DNA of 64,000 nucleotides from Candidatus Eiseniibacteriota bacterium (GCA_036505355.1 DASXTP010000108.1:14857-78856); one strand, 5' to 3'; shown: positions 47,916 to 56,873, counted from the stretch's first letter. Notes: a model not told the origin generated them from the letters alone. Program-made: numbers and translations.

Positions 47916-49228
47916 GGCCTACCTCCCGAGTCAGGTTTGAGGTGATTCAGATTGAGCGCCGAACTGCCTTCCGGAGGCCGCGGACCCCAGGCGGGCGATA
48001 GCGCGATGCGTCCGCCGGTCTCCAGTTTGCGGGGCGGCGTGTCGTCGAGATCGGTCACGTAGAGCCGGAACGACCCCTCACGGTTCGAGGCGAAGATCAG
48101 ATGACGCCCGTCGGGCGACCACCGCGGGTTCTCGTTGCTTCCCCCGCTCACCACCAGTCGCGCACCGGTCCCGTCGGGTCGGCACACGTAGACGTCGAAG
48201 CCGGCCGCGGTGCGCGCCACGAACGCGATCCGATCGCCTTTCGGCGACCAGGAGGGGGAGTCCGTGTAGTCCACCTCGTAGGTGAGCCGCCGGACGTTAC
48301 CACCCTCGTGATCCATCACATAGACCTGCGGCGTGCCACCCCGAGCGGAGGTGAACGCGATCTCCCGGCCGGTCGGCGACCAGGTCGGCGACGTGTCGAT
48401 CGCGCCGTGGCTGGTGAGCCGCCGCGCCGAGCCCCCGCGCGCGTCCAGCAGGTAGATTTCCGCGTTGCCGTCCTGGCTGAGGGTGCAGAGGATCTCCTGC
48501 CCGTCCGGCGAGTACGAGGCGCTGGTGTTCAGCCCCCGACGGCCGGAAACCAGGTAGGGACGACCGCCTTCGGCGCGGATCACGAACACCCGGGGCCCGG
48601 CACCCCCCCGGTACGAGGTGAAGAGGAGCAGGGACCCATCGGGTGCCCAAGCCGGCGACAAGGCGATGGACCGGTCGTTGGTGAGCGCCCGGAGATTCGC
48701 CCCGTCGTAGTCCATCACGCACAGCTCCTTGGTGGAGCCGCTCTGGGTCACGAAGGCAATCGGGGTCCGCGACACCCCCGATTCGCCCGTGAACTGCAGC
48801 ACGATGTCGTCGGCGAATCGATGGACCAGGCTGCGCCAGTCACGGAGCGCCCCGCGGTATTCCTTGGCCAGGATCGGGCGACGCGCCGGCAAGTCCCGCA
48901 CCTCGCCGGTCAGGCGGATCTGGCCCCCGTTGATCGTGAGCTTCCCTCCCACCACCGCCTGAGGCTCGAGGCCCTGGGCCCCCGGAGCCCAAGCCCTAGC
49001 CACCGTGAAGACCGCCGACCATTCCAGGTCATGGGCCAGGACTTCGTCCGCCTGGGTGCTCCACGAGCGTGCATCCCGTCCCCCGGATGGGGCGAAAGGC
49101 TCACAGAGGATGCGGATGCGCTGACCCGCCCCGCTGATGTCGATCCGGACCTCGCTGGGAGACTGGGGAGATGCGGGTCGCGGGATTCCACTGATCAACG
49201 CCAGCACCAAACAGGTTCGCCAGTTCAT
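47912..49228 (-). CDS. tolB: Tol-Pal system beta-propeller protein TolB
   Basis: From ATG 49228 (ATGA overlap with tolA-like). Repeated SP.WSPDG beta-propeller blades. Confidence 0.9.
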   Translation of the reverse strand: MNWRTCLVLALISGIPRPASPQSPSEVRIDISGAGQRIRILCEPFAPSGGRDARSWSTQADEVLAHDLEWSAVFTVARAWAPGAQGLEPQAVVGGKLTINGGQIRLTGEVRDLPARRPILAKEYRGALRDWRSLVHRFADDIVLQFTGESGVSRTPIAFVTQSGSTKELCVMDYDGANLRALTNDRSIALSPAWAPDGSLLLFTSYRGGAGPRVFVIRAEGGRPYLVSGRRGLNTSASYSPDGQEILCTLSQDGNAEIYLLDARGGSARRLTSHGAIDTSPTWSPTGREIAFTSARGGTPQVYVMDHEGGNVRRLTYEVDYTDSPSWSPKGDRIAFVARTAAGFDVYVCRPDGTGARLVVSGGSNENPRWSPDGRHLIFASNREGSFRLYVTDLDDTPPRKLETGGRIALSPAWGPRPPEGSSALNLNHLKPDSGGRP

Positions 49229-49875
49229 GGGGACTCCCATTCGAAGCCGAAGTGAACGCCCAGCTCTCCCCCGGCATACCCGAACGGCAAAGGGGGCATC
49301 GGATCGCTGATCACGACCGCGCGCAGCGCCGCGCGGTCGAAGAAGTCCGCCCCACTGCCGGTCTCGAGGCGTGCACCCGCCAGCTCGCCGTCTCGCCCGA
49401 TTCGAAAGTACACCACCGCCCGCACCGTCTTCCCGCCGGCGGCCAACCCCGCCGGCGGAGCCCAATTGGAGGCGATCTTGTTGCGCACCAGCACCAGGTA
49501 GTACGTGAACTCGAAGGTAGCCGCGTCGACCGCCAGATCGCCGCGCAGCCCGGTGGGCCCGATCCGGGCCGAAGGGAGGGCCGCCGGCGCTTCGGCGGGC
49601 CGCTCCTCGCGCCGCGGCTCCTTTACCTTCTTCTCGGGCTTTTGCGGCTTGAGCTTCACACCCTTCTCTTCGACCGGCTTGATCTCCTCCGGCTTGGGCT
49701 CGGGGGGCGCCTGGACCGCCGGCGGCGGCGGGGTGGCCGCCGCCGCGGCGTCGATCAGGGCCACCTGTACCACCTCCGGACCGGGAACGATGCTCGCGAT
49801 CGGACCCCGGACCAGGAACACGCCCACCAGCAGCAGCAGATGCGCGATCCCCGAGCCCAAGACCGAACCCCGCAC
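49225..49875 (-). CDS. tolA: TolA/TonB-family energy-transducer protein
   Basis: GTG 49875. N-terminal TM helix, a Pro/Lys/Glu-rich spacer and a TonB-C-like domain. Sits between tolR and tolB. Confidence 0.7.
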   Translation of the reverse strand: MRGSVLGSGIAHLLLLVGVFLVRGPIASIVPGPEVVQVALIDAAAAATPPPPAVQAPPEPKPEEIKPVEEKGVKLKPQKPEKKVKEPRREERPAEAPAALPSARIGPTGLRGDLAVDAATFEFTYYLVLVRNKIASNWAPPAGLAAGGKTVRAVVYFRIGRDGELAGARLETGSGADFFDRAALRAVVISDPMPPLPFGYAGGELGVHFGFEWESP

Positions 49876-49876
49876 G

Positions 49877-50254
49877 CTATCGTCTCCCCACCGCCGGTGG
49901 TTGCGTGACCAACCCCAGCGAGGCCACGCCCGAGCGCCGCATGCGCGCGATCAGGTCGACCACCACCCCATACGACACGCGCTGGTCCGCCTTGAGGAAC
50001 ACCGGCCGGCGCGCGGCTCCGGCGCGTTCCAAGGCCGCTTCGAACCCCGCCAGGGGCACGACCGAATTGCCCACCGCCACCGTGCGATCCGAGCGCACGC
50101 TCACGATCAGCCCTTCTCGCACGTCCAGCCCTCGTGTCGCGACCTTCGGCAGATCGATCTCCAAGCCGCCCTGCAGGAACGGCGCGGTGACCATGAAGAT
50201 GATGAGCAGCACGAGCACCACGTCCACCAGCGGAGTGACGTTAATCTCGGCCAT
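49877..50254 (-). CDS. tolR: Biopolymer transport protein TolR/ExbD
   Basis: From ATG 50254. INVTPLVDVVLVLLIIFMVTAP is the canonical ExbD/TolR N-terminus. Confidence 0.9.
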   Translation of the reverse strand: MAEINVTPLVDVVLVLLIIFMVTAPFLQGGLEIDLPKVATRGLDVREGLIVSVRSDRTVAVGNSVVPLAGFEAALERAGAARRPVFLKADQRVSYGVVVDLIARMRRSGVASLGLVTQPPAVGRR

Positions 50255-50277
50255 CGGGCGTCTCGAGGCTGAGGCGA

Positions 50278-50979
50278 TCATTCGGTCCGCCCACCGATCC
50301 GTTGGTCGAGGAACTCGTTCGCGAACTGCCCCGTCGCGTTGGTGAAGTCGCGAAGTCGGCCCAGCAGATGGTTGTATCCCACCACCGCCGGGATGGCGGC
50401 AGCCAGGCCCGCCACCGTTGCGATCAGCGCCTCCGCGATCCCGGGCGCGACCACCACCAAGGACGCCGAGCCTTGGGCTCCGATGTTGAGGAACGCCGTC
50501 ATCACGCCCCACACGGTGCCCATCAGGCCGATGAACGGGGACACGCTGCCCGTGGTGGCGAGAAACCCGACGTGCCGCTCGAGCAGCGCCGTTTCCTCGC
50601 TGGCACAGCGGTCCATCGCTCGCTGGGCGATTTCGTAACGCAACGCGGGTGAGCCACCAGACTCCCGAGGGTGCTGCTCCACGGCGCGCTGGCCGATCTG
50701 CGCCACCCGCGCCAGCAGGCTGTGCGGGTGCTGCTCGCAGACCAGCCGGAAGTCGGCGTTGCGCGGCAGCCGACGGAAGGCCCCGAGGAACGTCCGGTCT
50801 GCCTTCTCGACCCTGGAGTAGAGCCGGGTCCGATTCCAGATCACGGCCCACGAGTACACCGACATGATGAGCAGGATGATCAGGACCCCCTTCGCGAAGG
50901 GGCCGGACTGCGCGACCAGCGCCGGAACGGAAGAGCGGACACCGCCGCCCAGTTGGAGCAAGGAAAGACCCACGTTCAT
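50278..50979 (-). CDS. tolQ: MotA/TolQ/ExbB proton-channel protein
   Basis: From ATG 50979 (GGAAGG upstream). LATTGSVSPFIGLMGTVWGVM and APGIAEALIATVAGL blocks. Confidence 0.9.
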   Translation of the reverse strand: MNVGLSLLQLGGGVRSSVPALVAQSGPFAKGVLIILLIMSVYSWAVIWNRTRLYSRVEKADRTFLGAFRRLPRNADFRLVCEQHPHSLLARVAQIGQRAVEQHPRESGGSPALRYEIAQRAMDRCASEETALLERHVGFLATTGSVSPFIGLMGTVWGVMTAFLNIGAQGSASLVVVAPGIAEALIATVAGLAAAIPAVVGYNHLLGRLRDFTNATGQFANEFLDQRIGGRTE

Positions 50980-51393
50980 TGGCTTCACCTTCCTTGTGAA
51001 GTCAGGCCACGCTGGGAACCGGGTGCCGATGACGGTCGACGCGTCTTGTCGTGAGAGCGGATGCACGCTAGCACAGGGCTCGCGAAGCCCTCAAGGAAAA
51101 CAGCCTGCCGTCAGCGCCCGGCGCCCACCGTCGCCTCGACGGGCCGACCGGCCCAGAGTCCCCGCAAGATCGTTAGGCCGCGCCCTTCGTGCGACCGGGC
51201 CTCGCGCACTGTGCCCAGACGACAGGCCGCGCATCTGCGGCGGTCGGGCGATCCGACCCAGACACCTGACCGGACGAGTACAGGGGGTCGTCAATCTGCT
51301 GCAAAGAACCAGGACGAGGCTCGTCGGGGCCACATCAAACCGGTATTCTTCTGGGTGCCGGACGCGCACCCACCGGCCGAGGAGACAGGATCC

Positions 51394-51882
51394 ATGCGCA
51401 CCCGCCCGACCACCGTGCTCTTTGCCCTTCTCACGGTTGGTGCCTGCCACGCCGCAACTTGCTTCGGTGAACCTCGACTGGCGCCACCCTTCTCGGTCAA
51501 GGGCCTGGATGGGAGGATCATCCGACTCTCCGACTTCCGTGGCCGCCCGGTGGTGGTGGATTTTTGGGCGACCTGGTGCGGGCCTTGCCGCGCGAGCATG
51601 CCGCATTTGGACGCGCTTCAGCGCCGATACGATCCGCGGGGGCTGGTGGTGATCGGCTTGTCGGTGGATGAAGGCAGCGCGCAGGGAGTCCGGCAGTTCG
51701 CCGCCCGCATGGGGGTCGGCTTCCGGCTGGCGATGGCCGACGAGGGGCTGCTGGACCGCTATGGCCCCATCCGGTACCTGCCGACGACGTTCTTCATCAG
51801 CCGGACCGGAGAGATCGTCCGTCGAGTCAGAGGCTACATCGACCCAGAGACGATGGAGGCCTATATCCAGGAGCTGTTCTAG
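51394..51882 (+). CDS. TlpA/ResA-like periplasmic thiol-disulfide oxidoreductase
   Basis: ATG 51394 (GAGGAGA upstream) within ORF 51061..51882. Signal peptide and WATWCGPC active site. Confidence 0.85.
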   Translation: MRTRPTTVLFALLTVGACHAATCFGEPRLAPPFSVKGLDGRIIRLSDFRGRPVVVDFWATWCGPCRASMPHLDALQRRYDPRGLVVIGLSVDEGSAQGVRQFAARMGVGFRLAMADEGLLDRYGPIRYLPTTFFISRTGEIVRRVRGYIDPETMEAYIQELF

Positions 51883-51930
51883 GCGGGCCGGACGACCGCC
51901 GTACGGCGGGTCGCCCCACGACCCAAGATC

Positions 51931-51960
51931 GAGGCCACGCCGGCGAGCCAGCGTGGCCTC
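51931..51960. terminator. Hairpin between tlpA-like gene and the left att copy (probable original bidirectional terminator of the tRNA locus)
   Basis: Perfect 10-bp inverted repeat GAGGCCACGC / GCGTGGCCTC with a 10-nt loop. The last 6 nt of its 3-prime arm belong to the 35-bp att repeat. Confidence 0.4.
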
Positions 51961-51989
51961 GTGTCGTGGTGCCCGGGGCGAGATTTGAA
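51955..51989. repeat. Left copy of the 35-bp att direct repeat (contains a duplicated 23-nt tRNA-Leu 3-prime end)
   Basis: GGCCTCGTGTCGTGGTGCCCGGGGCGAGATTTGAA is identical to 62040..62074. Confidence 0.85.
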
Positions 51990-52092
51990 TACGGCTCACG
52001 GCTGCGCCTATTTTGTGTGACGTGAGCCGATGTCGGCGTAGCAAGGACTTGCGACGCCGAGTCGCGAAGGTCCGCGACGCAAAACGCCACAG

Positions 52093-52114
52093 CGACGGCA
52101 CAACGACGGCACAA
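52093..52114 (+). repeat. Two tandem copies of the 11-mer CGACGGCACAA (arm-type site candidate, left arm)
   Basis: Copies at 52093-52103 and 52104-52114. Related triplet at 61938-61970. Confidence 0.6.
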
Positions 52115-52130
52115 GGCAGGGAGGCGCTCG

Positions 52131-52469
52131 ATGAACGAAGCACCCGGCAAGGATGGACGGCAGGAGACGATCCTGCGCAAGGCGATGTTGGAAGCGGTGC
52201 GGTTTGGGTACGACGGACCTGGAAAAGACTGGCCTGGGCTCCCGGCCCAGGATCTCAGGGAACGCATCTCCCGAGGTGAGCATGTAGCGATCTTGCGAGA
52301 TGAGGTGGTCGTCAGGACTCTCTGCGGCCAGCGGTTCGTCCGGGGCATTGGCGCGGTGGTAACGGTCATCAATCCCGTCACCCGTACAAGCCAAGATCAA
52401 TGGAAGCAACACCACGACGCGATCCAGAACGCCGACCCCCTGGAATACTTGGCCCCCTTCATCCAGTAG
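52131..52469 (+). CDS. Hypothetical protein (element)
   Basis: ATG 52131 preceded by GGGAGG. 112 aa with coding-like composition. Confidence 0.6.
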   Translation: MNEAPGKDGRQETILRKAMLEAVRFGYDGPGKDWPGLPAQDLRERISRGEHVAILRDEVVVRTLCGQRFVRGIGAVVTVINPVTRTSQDQWKQHHDAIQNADPLEYLAPFIQ

Positions 52470-52481
52470 CCGGAGCCACGC

Positions 52482-53246
52482 ATGAGCGGGAGCAGGAAGG
52501 CAGCGGTCCCCGCAGCGCTCGCCACCGAGCCTCCGCGCGCGCGTGGATCGCGCAGCCTGGGCAAGAACAGCGGGCAAGTCGATGCGATCCTGGAGCTGAT
52601 GTACCACCTGCAGCTCGACGAAGGCGGGCTCCGCGATGAACGGAAGCGGCAGGCCTACCGCGCGGCGTACCTGGAGGTCTGGGCGAGCATGTTCCGAGGG
52701 GGCGCCGCTGCCCAGCGGACCCTATTCGGCGGGGCGCCGCCGCCCTCGAGCTGGGAGCAGCTCGACCCTGGGGACCTGTTCGACTACGTGAAGGGCACCG
52801 TCAACGATCGGGCCCAGCGTATTCTGAAAGAGGCGGACGAGGTGCGTGGGCCGAGTGCCCGGGACGCCGAGGCCTACGAGTTCGTGCAAGCGCGGCCCAG
52901 GGGACGGCAACGAGCGCCAGAGTGGTGGGACGCCTTGCTCGAGGAATGGAAGGCGAGGCACCCCGGCTCGCGCCTCCGCAGCGTGCGAGGCCTCCAAGCC
53001 GCCTTTCTCCGCGGCCGCAAGCTTGCCGCCGAACAGCACGACGAGGCCCATTACGTGGCCGCGCTCGAGCAGCGAGCCGAGGTCCAGCGGAAAGCCAGCG
53101 AGGAGCTGGAGGACCTGGCCGCCCGGGCCGGCCTGACGCCCGCGATGCGCGACACGCTGGCCGCCGAGCGGCTTGGCGAGCCCGTACAGCGCTGGCAGCG
53201 GCAGGACCTCGTCGACAAACTGAAGGCCACCCCAAAAAAAGCCTAA
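52482..53246 (+). CDS. Hypothetical protein (element)
   Basis: ATG 52482. 254 aa, helical and charged. No recognisable motif. Confidence 0.6.
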   Translation: MSGSRKAAVPAALATEPPRARGSRSLGKNSGQVDAILELMYHLQLDEGGLRDERKRQAYRAAYLEVWASMFRGGAAAQRTLFGGAPPPSSWEQLDPGDLFDYVKGTVNDRAQRILKEADEVRGPSARDAEAYEFVQARPRGRQRAPEWWDALLEEWKARHPGSRLRSVRGLQAAFLRGRKLAAEQHDEAHYVAALEQRAEVQRKASEELEDLAARAGLTPAMRDTLAAERLGEPVQRWQRQDLVDKLKATPKKA

Positions 53247-53324
53247 CGCGCCGGCTACGCCCCAGGCGTTTTCGCACCTTCTCCTAGGTGAAGGGGCCAC
53301 GAGGCCCCCCCACCGGAGGCGAAG

Positions 53325-53603
53325 ATGTCTTGGCAGCTCGAAGCCCTGTTGGTTGCGACCGGACCGGACGGGCGCGACGTACCGATCGCACGAACGCGCG
53401 CGACCGGGGCAGTGCGGATCCTCGGGAACGTTTTGGTGGGCGAGGCCCGGGCCGAGGCCGCGGCCTTGCGCCGACTCGATCCCCTACTCGGCCGCATCGG
53501 GAGCGCCGAAGCCCGCCGCTTGGCCACGGTGCTGGAGTCCGTCGCCGACGGCCGCGATCCGGGCCCCGCCTTGGGACTCGTGCAAGGCGGAAGCGAGCGG
53601 TGA
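53325..53603 (+). CDS. Hypothetical protein (element)
   Basis: ATG 53325 preceded by GGAGG. 92 aa. The stop overlaps the next start (GTGA). Confidence 0.5.
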   Translation: MSWQLEALLVATGPDGRDVPIARTRATGAVRILGNVLVGEARAEAAALRRLDPLLGRIGSAEARRLATVLESVADGRDPGPALGLVQGGSER

Positions 53604-53935
53604 GCCCCACTCTCGCCGAGCTGCTCGCCCACCCCGAGCGCGTGGCCGACCTCGAGCCCTCCCAAGTGCCGGCGCTGCTCGCACAGCTCGCGGCCCTTTC
53701 GCTTGCCCTGAGCGCCCGCCTCGCTGCGACGTCCGAGCGCGAGCCGTCCGCGAATGGCCACATGCTCTCGCCCGACGAGGTCGGCGCGCTCCTCGGGATC
53801 CCTCGCGAGCAGGTCTGGCGATACAGCCGCAGGCGTTCGTGGCAGAAGTTCACGCGGCGCGTCAGTAGGAAATGCGTGCGTTTCGACGAGGCAGGCCTGC
53901 GCGCCTGGCTCGCAACCCAGGGGACCGTGCGATGA
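53600..53935 (+). CDS. Helix-turn-helix DNA-binding protein (AlpA/excisionase-like)
   Basis: GTG 53600. The C-terminal MLSPDEVGALLGIPREQVWRYSRR..KCVRFDEAGLRAWL resembles HTH_17/Xis-type domains. Confidence 0.6.
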   Translation: MSPTLAELLAHPERVADLEPSQVPALLAQLAALSLALSARLAATSEREPSANGHMLSPDEVGALLGIPREQVWRYSRRRSWQKFTRRVSRKCVRFDEAGLRAWLATQGTVR

Positions 53936-54701
53936 CCGAAATCCCAGTCGACCGCATCAGGGTGGGCCCCCGCTTCCGGCGCGAGCTCGGGGACCTAGGG
54001 GAGCTGAAGCGCAGCATTGAGGCCGTCGGTCTGCTCCATCCCGTTGTGGTCGATCCAGCCGGGAACCTCTTGGCTGGTGCCCGGCGCCTCGCGGCCTGCG
54101 TCGAGCTGGGCTGGACCCAGATTCCGGCGACCATCGTTGATGCCGATGCCCTGCTGGTCGAGGCGCACGAGAACATCGTGCGCCAGGACTTTTTGCCCAG
54201 CGAGGCCGTCGCGATTGCCGACGCAGTCGAGGCACGGGACAGGGGAAGGCCCGCGAGCGCATGCTGGCCGGCAGACCCTGCGTTGAATCAGCGCAGGGTG
54301 AAACGCGCGTCCGCGTAGCCCGGGCAGTCAACACCGGCTGGCAACGCCTGGAACGTGCCCGCGCTGTGGTCCGCGCCGCTGAGCGGGATCCCTACTTGCG
54401 CCCGCTCGTCGCCGAAATGGACCGCGACGGCAACGTCGCCGCAGCGTACCGGAAGCTCCAGGCCGTGCTCGGTAAACAACGCGACGACCCTCAGGCCGAC
54501 CACGGCATCAAGACCAAGCTGGCCTTTTCGCTCTGCGAAGCCTGTCACGGTGCCGCCCACATCACGCTCACTGTAGTCGGGGGCGAGCGCGACGGCCTGC
54601 GTTTGGCGCACTGCTTGGATCAGTCCGAACGCGACCGGCTCGCGGCCTTCCTCAACCGGAGCGATGCCCTCTCCACTTTGGCGCATGCCGAGGAGGCCTA
54701 A
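53932..54701 (+). pseudogene. ParB-like nuclease-domain protein, interrupted by a 1-nt deletion at a homopolymer
   Basis: The N-terminal ParB/Srx block (IPVDRIRVGPRFRRELGDL.EL..SI...GLLHPVVV, HENIVR) is in the frame of ORF 53872..54318. The continuation KARERMLAGRP..GETR..VARAV is in the frame of ORF 54261..54701. The frames meet at AGGGGAAGG (54241-54249). Confidence 0.6.
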
Positions 54702-54706
54702 CCGCG

Positions 54707-54949
54707 ATGATCGGACTGGCCAGGGAGGGCCGACGTTGGCGACCGCTCGCGGAGCGCTTAATCGCCCCGCCGGCCGGGCCCGATGAGCGCTGGTTTTGCA
54801 CGGACATCGACGCCTTGGACGATGCCGCCCTGCGCGCGGAGGTCCGGCGCCTGCGCGCTGGCCTGCTGCTCGCCGAACACCCCGACGCCTGGGCCCAGCA
54901 ACGCTTGGGCCTGCTGCTCGCCGAGCTCGAGGCCCGCGGTGCACATTGA
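54707..54949 (+). CDS. Hypothetical protein (element)
   Basis: ATG 54707 lies 10 nt after GAGGAGG. 80 aa. Confidence 0.5.
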   Translation: MIGLAREGRRWRPLAERLIAPPAGPDERWFCTDIDALDDAALRAEVRRLRAGLLLAEHPDAWAQQRLGLLLAELEARGAH

Positions 54950-56255
54950 CCCGAGAGTCGCCCGCGACGGCGAGCGCGTCGGCGATTTGGTGTGGAACGA
55001 CCGCGACGCGCGGTGGGATCCCGTGAACGAGCCCGCCCGAGCCATCCGGCGATCGGATGATTGCCCCGGCTGGGTGCTCGAGGCCGATGTCGCGCTCAAT
55101 GCGCAGCTCGTGGCCGAGGCGCCGCCGAACGGATCCGCTCCCGCTCGAATGCCCCACCTAGCCGCGCCGAACGGCGAGTCCGGAGCCCGTCCACTCGTAG
55201 GCCTCGACCTTGACCACGACTTGGAGCCGCTGCCGGTGCTGCTCGACGGCCTGTTCTTGGAGCGCGACCTGGGGCTGTTCTGCGGCACGACGGGCGAGGG
55301 GAAGACCACCATGCTCGCCGCGGTGGCCCTGGGGCTGGCCAGCAGGCGGGCCCCCTGGGTGGGCGGCCCAGTGCCCGAGCGCGTCGCGCCCGTGATCTAC
55401 CTGGATGCCGAGATGGGCCCGCACGCGACCACGCGCACCTTCAAGCGGCTCATGGTGGCTATGGGGCTCGACCGCAAGCCGGAGGCGCTGCTCGTGGTCT
55501 CCGCTCCGGGTGAGGTGTCGCTCGTATCGCCCGAGGGCGTGCAGCGCATCGAGGCCACGTTGCTCGACTGGACGCAGCGCCATCAAGGACTCGGCCCTCC
55601 CGTTCTGTTCCTCGACACGCTGAGCGCGGTGCTCGCGGGGCTTGAGTCGTTCAACGACGCTGCGCTCGTCGAGCCGGTCTATCGCAGGTTGTTCGGCTGG
55701 CGTGACCGCCTGGCCTGCACCATCGCACTCTCCCACCACCCTCGGAAGCGCGGCCGCTGGGAAAGCGGCGCGCCGACGCTCGACCAGGTGCGGGATACGA
55801 GCACGCACGTCGGCAAGGCCAGCGTCGTCTGGTTCGCCGAGAAGCCGGCGCGGGGCGCGAGCTGCCTCGACATCCACACGCTCAAGCATCGGGGCCGCGA
55901 CGCGATCCCCGTGCAGCGGATCGCATACCGCAGTGAGGGAAACGACGCGGCCATCCACCTGTCCGGTGAGGAAGCGCCCCAACCGGAGATCGAGGGCGAG
56001 CTGGAACGCGCCGAGAAGTCACTCGCCGACTTCGTTCGGCTTCGCGGTGCCGGCGGGGCCCGCCGAGCGGAGCTGCTGGCCTTCGCCGATGCCGAGCGCA
56101 TCAGGGAGCGGACCGCCAAGCGTGCCTTGGCTGCCCTGCTCGGGCTCGGGGTGGTGACTCAGAAGACCGGGGACGGGAAGACCCACCGCGGCCAGTGCTG
56201 GCTCACGAGGCCGCGCTCTGACCTGTTCGAGGAGGGGACCGATGATGGCCTTTGA
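54939..56255 (+). CDS. RecA-fold AAA ATPase, RepA/AAA_25-like (replication-associated)
   Basis: In ORF 54783..56255, with probable start GTG 54939. Walker A GTTGEGKTT and Walker B-like VLFLDTLS. The C-terminal winged-helix-like segment is followed by an iteron-like repeat field. Confidence 0.65.
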   Translation: MHIDPRVARDGERVGDLVWNDRDARWDPVNEPARAIRRSDDCPGWVLEADVALNAQLVAEAPPNGSAPARMPHLAAPNGESGARPLVGLDLDHDLEPLPVLLDGLFLERDLGLFCGTTGEGKTTMLAAVALGLASRRAPWVGGPVPERVAPVIYLDAEMGPHATTRTFKRLMVAMGLDRKPEALLVVSAPGEVSLVSPEGVQRIEATLLDWTQRHQGLGPPVLFLDTLSAVLAGLESFNDAALVEPVYRRLFGWRDRLACTIALSHHPRKRGRWESGAPTLDQVRDTSTHVGKASVVWFAEKPARGASCLDIHTLKHRGRDAIPVQRIAYRSEGNDAAIHLSGEEAPQPEIEGELERAEKSLADFVRLRGAGGARRAELLAFADAERIRERTAKRALAALLGLGVVTQKTGDGKTHRGQCWLTRPRSDLFEEGTDDGL

Positions 56256-56261
56256 GCGCTC

Positions 56262-56479
56262 GGGCCAACGGGCCAACCCCCCTATATACCCCCGACCTCT
56301 TGGCCCAAACCCCCGACGGGCCAACCCCGTGCCAGCGAGGGCCGCTGCCCTTGGGCGGCAGCGGCCTTGCCTCGCTTGGCACTACACGGGCGCCACCAGG
56401 CTTCGGGCCACGGTTGGGCCACCGAAGGGCCAGGTTCGGGACGGGCCAAGCGAGTGCTCGGCGTGCAGACGTTTGGCCC
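56262..56479. repeat. Iteron-like field: nine GGGCCA/TGGCCC hexamers plus a 10-bp hairpin and a TATATA box (candidate replication origin)
   Basis: GGGCCA at 56262, 56270, 56318, 56405, 56416, 56427 and 56443. TGGCCC at 56301 and 56474. The 12-mer CGGGCCAACCCC occurs twice (56269-56280, 56317-56328). Hairpin GGCCGCTGCC/GGCAGCGGCC at 56340-56366. CCTATATACC at 56281-56290. Confidence 0.55.
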
Positions 56480-56873
56480 GTCGGAAAAGGTACTGGCTCA
56501 GGGTCCGCCACGAGGGTCCCGGCGGCCGCGGGGCTAGCGAAGTGAGCCTCGAAACGGGGTGGCAGGGTGGCATCGAGTAGGCGCTCGGGTGGCATGAGCC
56601 TGGCGGCCTGGTGCCGGTCACGGGGGATCCCGTGGGCGACAGGGCAAGAAAGCGCGCGGCCAGGGACGCCTGGCAGCCGGGGCCGGATTCGCGACCTGGG
56701 ACGCGGAGTGGGCCGCCACGCACCCGGACTGGCAGCCGCCGAGCTCACAGGGCGGCCCAGGCGGGGCGATCGGGCGAAAGCATGGCCCGCGGGCCCCGGT
56801 TCCCGGCGATGCGCGCCCACGGGCGGGCAACGGCCAGGCTCCGAGCGAATACGCGGCGAGTCGGACGCGGTTC

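Noticed and set aside
51992-52078. Three consecutive small hairpins just inside the left att copy, considered as a structured ncRNA: CGGCTCACG/CGTGAGCCG, TCGGCGT/ACGCCGA and GTCGCG/CGCGAC.
   Set aside because: The stems are only 6-9 bp in GC-rich DNA, with no covariation evidence available. They could equally be promoter or operator structure. I left this uncalled.
52013-52279. Similarity of ..DGTTTAQG.. (ORF 52013..52279) to the integrase C-terminus ..DGTATAQT.., considered as a remnant of a second integrase or a tandem element.
   Set aside because: The similarity is confined to the ~30 nt of 11-mer repeats (52093-52114 versus 61938-61970). No further integrase-like sequence follows in any frame, so it is better explained as repeated binding sites.
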